Shown in pieces: positions 46,085-51,308 of a stretch of DNA of 51,308 nucleotides (position 1 is the first letter of the stretch; each line of letters opens with the position of its first letter). A program made the position numbers and the translations under genes. The stretch lies in contig CAVKAH010000002.1 of the NCBI GenBank assembly GCA_963654095.1, positions 1-51,308 on the forward strand, given 5' to 3'. The stretch is from Oscillospiraceae bacterium (GTDB taxonomy: Bacteria; Bacteroidota; Bacteroidia; Bacteroidales; Bacteroidaceae). The notes beneath the pieces are model-generated. The model did no database searches. It was not told the DNA's origin and saw only the letters and a program-made list of their open reading frames with translations.

Positions 46085-46137
46085 AAAGCCATACACCACT
46101 TAGGGATATTGCCGCCGCTTAGGCTGTGTATGGCTTT
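46085..46137. other. Intra-operonic stem-loop between tlpA and the beta-barrel gene
   Basis: AAAGCCATACAC (46085-46096) pairs with GTGTATGGCTTT (46126-46137). Confidence 0.7.
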
Positions 46138-46150
46138 ATGGATAAATCTC

Positions 46151-46675
46151 TTATTTTTTGATAAGCTCTCTAACCTTTTCGATAAGCTCTTGCTCGGCAC
46201 CTTCGGTATATCCGTTGTGCTTGTAGACAATCTTTCCATCGCCATCGCAGATAACAACGAATGGTATCATCTCTCCTCCGAATGACTTGCGGAAGTCGGA
46301 ATTAGGGTCGAGCAATACCTCATACTCCCATCCGTGCTGGTTTACGAGAGGCTTTACCTTGTTGGCATTCTGTGCTTTGTCGATAGAAACGGCAAAGACT
46401 TTTACACCTGTCTCGCTTTGCCAGTCTTCATAAACCTCACTTATGGCACTAAGCTCACGATTGCAAGGCTTGCACCATGTGGCGAAGAAATCGATTATAA
46501 ATGGTTTTCCGTCATTGCTGAGAGCCTGTGTGTCAATAGTTTTGCCTTCAATTGTCTTCAGCTTAAATGAAGGAAGCTGAGCATTTACACTTTCCACTGC
46601 TGTGAACAGCATCATTGCAAGCACAAGCAATCCCTTGCTCATCTTGCACAAACTTAATGATTTAATAGTTCTCAT
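46151..46675 (-). CDS. Periplasmic TlpA/ResA-family thiol-disulfide oxidoreductase
   Basis: Signal peptide (VNA-Q), DFFATWCKPC..E, VSID and the cis-Pro loop MIPF. Confidence 0.92.
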   Translation of the reverse strand: MRTIKSLSLCKMSKGLLVLAMMLFTAVESVNAQLPSFKLKTIEGKTIDTQALSNDGKPFIIDFFATWCKPCNRELSAISEVYEDWQSETGVKVFAVSIDKAQNANKVKPLVNQHGWEYEVLLDPNSDFRKSFGGEMIPFVVICDGDGKIVYKHNGYTEGAEQELIEKVRELIKK

Positions 46676-46716
46676 GAGTTTTGAGCAAAATTAATAATAC
46701 GTATATTCTTTGGGTG

Positions 46717-46724
46717 CAAAAGTA
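46717..46724 (-). promoter_or_regulatory. -7 element for the TlpA/Omp28 operon
   Basis: Minus-strand TACTTTTG. A second match, TAATTTTG, lies at 46686-46693. Confidence 0.55.
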
Positions 46725-46866
46725 GTTCTTCTTTTACTTTTTAGCAAATAAAAGCGAAAAAAGTTTCACTTTTCATAAGCGAAAACGCATATATTGTTAG
46801 CTAATACCGCCAAATTTGCATCAAGATGTAAGGTTTATGTAATAAGGGATAGCTATAAGTTTTTAG

Positions 46867-48414
46867 TTATAATCCCCGTTCCGCCCAGTCACTACGGTCG
46901 AGCTGACGATATCCTATTGCCTCGGCGAGATGTTCCGCCTTTACACTTGGGCTGCCTGCAAGGTCGGCAATGGTACGTGCCACCTTTAGGATTCTGTTGT
47001 ATGCCCTTGCCGATAGACTGAGTCTCTCCATAGCCATGCGGAGCAGATTGATGCCGTTTTCGTCTGGTTCGGCATACTGATGTATCATGCGCTCCGTCAT
47101 TTGAGCATTGCAATGTACATGAGGCTCGTCTTTGAAACGTTCTGTTTGTATCTCTCGTGCCTTAACCACACGCTGGCGTATCGCCTCGCTGCGCTCTCCC
47201 GGCTGTGCCTTGGAGATATCTTTAAAAGGTACTGGCGTTATCTCGCACTGTATGTCGATGCGGTCGAGAAGTGGACCACTAATCTTGTTCATATACCGCT
47301 GTATCTGTCCTGGTGTGCATACGCAATGATGAGTGGGGTCGTTGAAATATCCGCACGGACAGGGGTTCATGCTTGCCACGAACATGAACGAGCATGGATA
47401 TTCTATAGTATACTTTGCCCTTGAGATAGTGATTTTGCGGTCTTCAAGTGGTTGACGAAGCACCTCAAGGGTAGCTTTGTTGAATTCTGGAAGTTCGTCT
47501 GCAAAGAGCACACCATTATGTGCAAGAGATATTTCGCCTGGTTGTGGGTTCATCCCACCACCAACTAGAGCTACTTGCGATATAGTATGATGAGGCGAGC
47601 GGAATGGACGTTGGGATATCAAAGACATATCTTTGCCTAATTTCCCGGCTACGGAATGAATCTGTGTAGTCTCAAGACTTTCAGCAAGTGACAGGGGTGG
47701 GAGGATAGACGGCAGACGCTTTGCCATCATCGACTTACCACTTCCAGGAGGGCCTATCATAATCAAATTATGTCCTCCAGCTGCGGCTACCTCCATGGCT
47801 CGCTTTACGCTCTCTTGTCCCCGAACGTCGGCAAAGTCGAGTTCAAAGTTAGATTGATGTTCGTAAAATTCTTTTCTTGTATCAATCCTTGTAGGCTCAA
47901 ACGTCATTGTACCATTAAAGAAAGCAATAACTTCCTCAAGACTTTCCATACCGTAGACATCAAGATTGTTCACCACGGCAGCTTCTCTGATATTCTGTTT
48001 CGGAACGATAAGTCCCTTGAACTTCTCTTTTCTTGCCCTTATAGAAATAGGTAAGGCACCCCTTACAGGCTGAAGTCTACCATCAAGTCCAAGTTCTCCA
48101 ACGAGCATATATTTATCCAAAGCATCATGGTTAATCTTTTCCATGGCTGCAAGAATGCCTATGGCGAGGGGTAAGTCGTATCCGCTACCTTCCTTACGGA
48201 GGTCTGCGGGAGCCATATTAACCGTGATGTCGGCAATAGGAAACTTATATCCGTTGTTTTGCAGAGCAGCAACAATTCTGTCGTGGCTCTCTTTTACGGC
48301 AGCATCGGCAAGACCTGAGAGGTGGAACATCACCCCTCTTGTGAGGCTTATCTCTATTGTTACGGTAGTTACCTCCAGTCCGTTTACGGCTGCGCAATAT
48401 GTTTTAACAAGCAT
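46867..48414 (-). CDS. comM: YifB/ComM Mg-chelatase-like AAA+ ATPase
   Basis: NMAPADLRKEG..YDLP, GPPGSGKS, PFRSPHH, PGEISLAHNGVLF.DE, MNPCPCG, ISGPLLDRID and LSARA..RI..VARTIADL. Confidence 0.9.
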   Translation of the reverse strand: MLVKTYCAAVNGLEVTTVTIEISLTRGVMFHLSGLADAAVKESHDRIVAALQNNGYKFPIADITVNMAPADLRKEGSGYDLPLAIGILAAMEKINHDALDKYMLVGELGLDGRLQPVRGALPISIRARKEKFKGLIVPKQNIREAAVVNNLDVYGMESLEEVIAFFNGTMTFEPTRIDTRKEFYEHQSNFELDFADVRGQESVKRAMEVAAAGGHNLIMIGPPGSGKSMMAKRLPSILPPLSLAESLETTQIHSVAGKLGKDMSLISQRPFRSPHHTISQVALVGGGMNPQPGEISLAHNGVLFADELPEFNKATLEVLRQPLEDRKITISRAKYTIEYPCSFMFVASMNPCPCGYFNDPTHHCVCTPGQIQRYMNKISGPLLDRIDIQCEITPVPFKDISKAQPGERSEAIRQRVVKAREIQTERFKDEPHVHCNAQMTERMIHQYAEPDENGINLLRMAMERLSLSARAYNRILKVARTIADLAGSPSVKAEHLAEAIGYRQLDRSDWAERGL

Positions 48415-48436
48415 GTTCTTCTTGGTATTGATAGTG

Positions 48437-49429
48437 TTATTTTATATATCTCTCAAGGTCGTCTAATGCCACGTTTCGTGCAACAACCTTTCCCGTTGGG
48501 TCTATTATTATGTTTTCTGGAACGGCATGAAGTCCGAGCTTTGCCATAAGTTTACTGTCAAACAGCTGTTCGTCGCATACAATAGGGATGTCAATACTAT
48601 TTCTTTCAACATTTTCCTTACACGACTTTTTGCTTGCGTCTACGTTTATGCCAAGCGCAACATAGTTGGCGTTACTCTGCTGTATAAGCATATTTATGCG
48701 GTGCATTATGTTTTCGCTATCGTAGCTCCATGATGCCCAAGTGAAGATTATACCATTTTTTCCCTTAAACATTGCCTTGCTTATATTGTTCCCTTTAATG
48801 TCGGTAGCTTTAAAGTCGGGAATTTTGCTACCAGTATATGCACTGCACAGTATGTTCAGGTCGCTTTTCAACCTTGTTATATTACCATTGTCAGGTTGTT
48901 CTTTCGCAATAATCTCCAACAGTTCCTTAGCTTTAGATGGATTCTTCGTAGCTTCGTTGTTCATAAAGAATTTGCGGAAGAGGTATATAGCCACAGGAGA
49001 GTTGGCATTATCTCGGATGAAATTCTCTGCTGTCGCCATTGTTTCGGGAGGAGAAGATGTAGCAGTAGCCTGCCTGAAGTCTGTCATCAGTTCATTATCG
49101 TCAGTGCCCGACACCTCCATCTGCTTCAGGTGAGAGGCATCAGCCTTGATGTCTACGCCCTCTCCTGGCTCTGCAAATATTGGCTGTTCAGAGAAATTAG
49201 GGAAGACGAGAACCATTGTGCCTCGTCTTGTACATGGTATCTCGAGGGCAAATCTTCCGCCGTTCACCTTGATAGTGTCGATGCCGTTAATCAAGCCGTC
49301 GGTGCTGTACACGTAAAATTCGCCTTGGTTCATATTGAGAAATCTACCTTCGATACTGAAATATCCTTTGCGTGTTCCGCACGAAAGTAGTGTCAAGGCG
49401 AGTGTAAGGATAAGTATGACGTTCTTCAT
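48437..49429 (-). CDS. DUF4369 plus TlpA-like lipoprotein lacking the CxxC motif
   Basis: Lipobox LLS-C, N-terminal DTIKV.GGRF and V.GT.DNE, and a C-terminal PDF...D..G...FTWASWSYDS...VP.NIIID..G thioredoxin fold. Start moved to 49429. Confidence 0.8.
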   Translation of the reverse strand: MKNVILILTLALTLLSCGTRKGYFSIEGRFLNMNQGEFYVYSTDGLINGIDTIKVNGGRFALEIPCTRRGTMVLVFPNFSEQPIFAEPGEGVDIKADASHLKQMEVSGTDDNELMTDFRQATATSSPPETMATAENFIRDNANSPVAIYLFRKFFMNNEATKNPSKAKELLEIIAKEQPDNGNITRLKSDLNILCSAYTGSKIPDFKATDIKGNNISKAMFKGKNGIIFTWASWSYDSENIMHRINMLIQQSNANYVALGINVDASKKSCKENVERNSIDIPIVCDEQLFDSKLMAKLGLHAVPENIIIDPTGKVVARNVALDDLERYIK

Positions 49430-49451
49430 GAACTGATATTTATATAAAAAC

Positions 49452-49494
49452 AAGAGAGGGCTTTGTCAAAGATATACGACTCGCCCTCTCTTTT
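49452..49494. terminator. Terminator after the TPR lipoprotein gene
   Basis: AAGAGAGGGC / GCCCTCTCTT stem with A-rich left and T-rich right flanks. Confidence 0.75.
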
Positions 49495-49517
49495 ATTTTA
49501 ATGTAAAACGCTTATTA

Positions 49518-51197
49518 TTATTTGCTGAGGTTCAAGAACTCAAGGTCATTGGCAAGGTATGATGCCAAACTTGGATCCTTCTGTAGTGCGCTCTCCAAGT
49601 AAGAAGATGCTGCGCTGTTGTTGCCCTGACGGGCATTAACAATAGCATACAGATAGTCTGTAAGACCGTTCTTATTCTTGATGTTGTTCAAGGTCGTCTG
49701 TGCGCCAGCGTAATTCTTATTCAAAATCTGTGCTAGAGCGGCGGTATTGTTGTTAACACCCTTCATTGCCTCTTCAGCCTGAGCATATTTTCCGTTGGCG
49801 ATATTCAGTGCACCGAGAGCCTTGTTGAGGTCGTTAGCACCGCTTGCCTTAGAGATAAGGTTCTGTGCTTCGGTGGTATTGCCGTTAAGAAGAGCAACAA
49901 GTCCCTTGTTTGCATTAGCCTCTGCGGAGTTGCCGTCTACGGCAAGAGCTTTGTTCAGATAGCTCTGAGCAGCATCGTTGTTACCTTTTGCAAATTCCAT
50001 AGCTGCAATGTTGTTGTATGTACGGCTATCGTTAGGGTATAGCTCAGCTGCTTTCTTGTAGATTGCTTCCTTAGCGTCGGCGTTGTCCTCAAGTGAGGCT
50101 GCATATAGCAATTCGTCTGCGCTAAGCTTGCTTGCGTCTGCACTATACTGCTCTTTAATCTGGTCATCGCTACGTCCTATTGTCTCGTAATTTATGATGA
50201 GACGAGAGCGGCGAAGCTCAGGAAGTATACCATCGGCAAGTTCGCGGAAACCAGCTGACATATTGCGAATCTGTGTTTCGCGCTCCTCAGGGTCCTGATA
50301 CATTGAGAGTACACGTAGGATTACGTCCTTGTCCTGAAGGTTTGAAGCAGCAACGAGCTTCTGGAAACCGTCCCAGTCTTGTGCTGTATAGTTTGCAGAA
50401 ACATCAGCATTAACCTTTGTACTCTTAAGAGTATTCTTTACATACTTCTCTGATACGTTCTGGCGTTGGTTAGCCAATTTGTCGTTAAACTTCACACCGC
50501 CATCAGGAGATGCGTATGCTGACACTTCTACATCCTTGATGTTAAGTCCCTCTTTGTCTGCGTTAATCTTCTTAAGCATAGAGACAAATTCCTTTACAGA
50601 GTTGTTCTTCATCTCGCTCTTGCGTAGGTTTGCCTGATTGATAAGGAACTTTATTTGTGCCTCTTGCTTCTGTGTCTTCACTCTCTGGAATGAGTCTGGG
50701 GCGATGCAAGCACCATCGCCAGCAAGAGTTTTCTTATATAATTCAGATGTTGAGATAACACCTGTTGCCACTTTTACTGCAGGCACGTCAACCTTTTTCT
50801 TGCCTACATAAGCATCGAAAGTGAGGTATAGGTCGCTCTTCTGCATCTCTGGAACATAGTTGAAGTTGCTTTTCATTGTATAGTTACCTCCAACTTTGTA
50901 TTGTATAGTCTGGTCGTTGCCAGCCACTTTCTCACCTTGGAATGTGGCACTCTGACCCTTTGCGGTCTGTCCATCGCCGTAGCGTAGTTCAGGAGTAACT
51001 GTAACAACGGCTTTCTTTTTCATGTATTTTTCAGGGAATTTACCGTTGATTGTTGTTGGCACCTTACCAGCCTCTGTTTCAAGAGGGTTAGGTACAACAT
51101 TGAAATTGTCAGCAGACAGTGCACCCAACTTGGATGAACATGATGACAGCGCAATAAGGGCTGCTGCTGAAAGGAATAAGACTACATTTTTTTGCAT
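49518..51197 (-). CDS. Lipoprotein with an OmpA-like peptidoglycan-binding region and C-terminal TPR repeats
   Basis: Lipobox LSS-C, AYASPDG...N.KLA..R and LRR OmpA-like motifs, and Ala/Asn-rich TPR helices (YPND.R.YNN). Confidence 0.8.
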   Translation of the reverse strand: MQKNVVLFLSAAALIALSSCSSKLGALSADNFNVVPNPLETEAGKVPTTINGKFPEKYMKKKAVVTVTPELRYGDGQTAKGQSATFQGEKVAGNDQTIQYKVGGNYTMKSNFNYVPEMQKSDLYLTFDAYVGKKKVDVPAVKVATGVISTSELYKKTLAGDGACIAPDSFQRVKTQKQEAQIKFLINQANLRKSEMKNNSVKEFVSMLKKINADKEGLNIKDVEVSAYASPDGGVKFNDKLANQRQNVSEKYVKNTLKSTKVNADVSANYTAQDWDGFQKLVAASNLQDKDVILRVLSMYQDPEERETQIRNMSAGFRELADGILPELRRSRLIINYETIGRSDDQIKEQYSADASKLSADELLYAASLEDNADAKEAIYKKAAELYPNDSRTYNNIAAMEFAKGNNDAAQSYLNKALAVDGNSAEANANKGLVALLNGNTTEAQNLISKASGANDLNKALGALNIANGKYAQAEEAMKGVNNNTAALAQILNKNYAGAQTTLNNIKNKNGLTDYLYAIVNARQGNNSAASSYLESALQKDPSLASYLANDLEFLNLSK

Positions 51198-51255
51198 ATT
51201 AAATAAAGGTTTAAATGTGCTATGATAGATTATACTAACAACAAGATGTTAATCG

Positions 51256-51308
51256 TGCCGCGAGCGGGACTCGAACCCGCACAGCCATTACTGGCCAAGG
51301 GATTTTAA
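51256..51308 (-). tRNA. tRNA-Leu(TAA), 3' part; the 5' half lies outside the window
   Basis: The minus strand reads T-TAA-AA-TCCCT (anticodon arm), a long variable arm GGCCA-GTAA-TGGCT, the T-arm GCGGG-TTCGAGT-CCCGC, and acceptor strand TCGCGGC-A. CCA is not encoded. Confidence 0.93.

Noticed and set aside
46867..48414. comM interrupted by a mobile element (a known hotspot)
   Set aside because: The ORF is full length (515 aa) with all motifs present.
51198..51308. Genomic island integrated at tRNA-Leu
   Set aside because: The tRNA 3' end is followed by a lipoprotein gene and housekeeping genes. I noticed no integrase or duplicated tRNA 3' end.

Overview
A 51.3-kb chromosomal, mostly housekeeping segment from a Bacteroidota genome, probably Prevotellaceae-like. 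The evidence is TAnnTTTG promoters, AT-rich leaders without Shine-Dalgarno sites, T9SS C-terminal sorting signals and a long IspG. It holds about 38 CDS, mostly on the minus strand, and ends inside a tRNA-Leu(TAA). In order: a split transketolase plus FGGY kinase operon (probably D-apiose catabolism); a large T9SS beta-propeller protein; an extended SDR plus AUR1-like PAP2 pair; a CoA transferase; an SGNH esterase; a Na/Pi symporter; a ThrRS-domain-fused nucleoside kinase; rpoN-purE-ispG-GH3-lipoprotein-DUF3108; aroQ and an O-methyltransferase divergent from xerD; korAB-U32-sufE-trmH; rnr-miaB-msbA-lpxL-like-GT4; a five-gene TlpA/DUF6029/Omp28 operon; comM; and two lipoproteins. I see no prophage, CRISPR array or intact IS. 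The best candidate for an uncharacterised system is the five-gene operon at 40882-46675. Every product carries a cysteine motif and a different envelope-targeting signal, which suggests a thiol-disulfide relay across the outer membrane. Also notable are a two-copy MITE-like element with a long internal hairpin, tandem 9-6-9 palindromes, a possible ho5U/mo5U tRNA-modification neighbourhood and a possible sphingolipid module. All family calls come from motif recognition only; no database searches were run.
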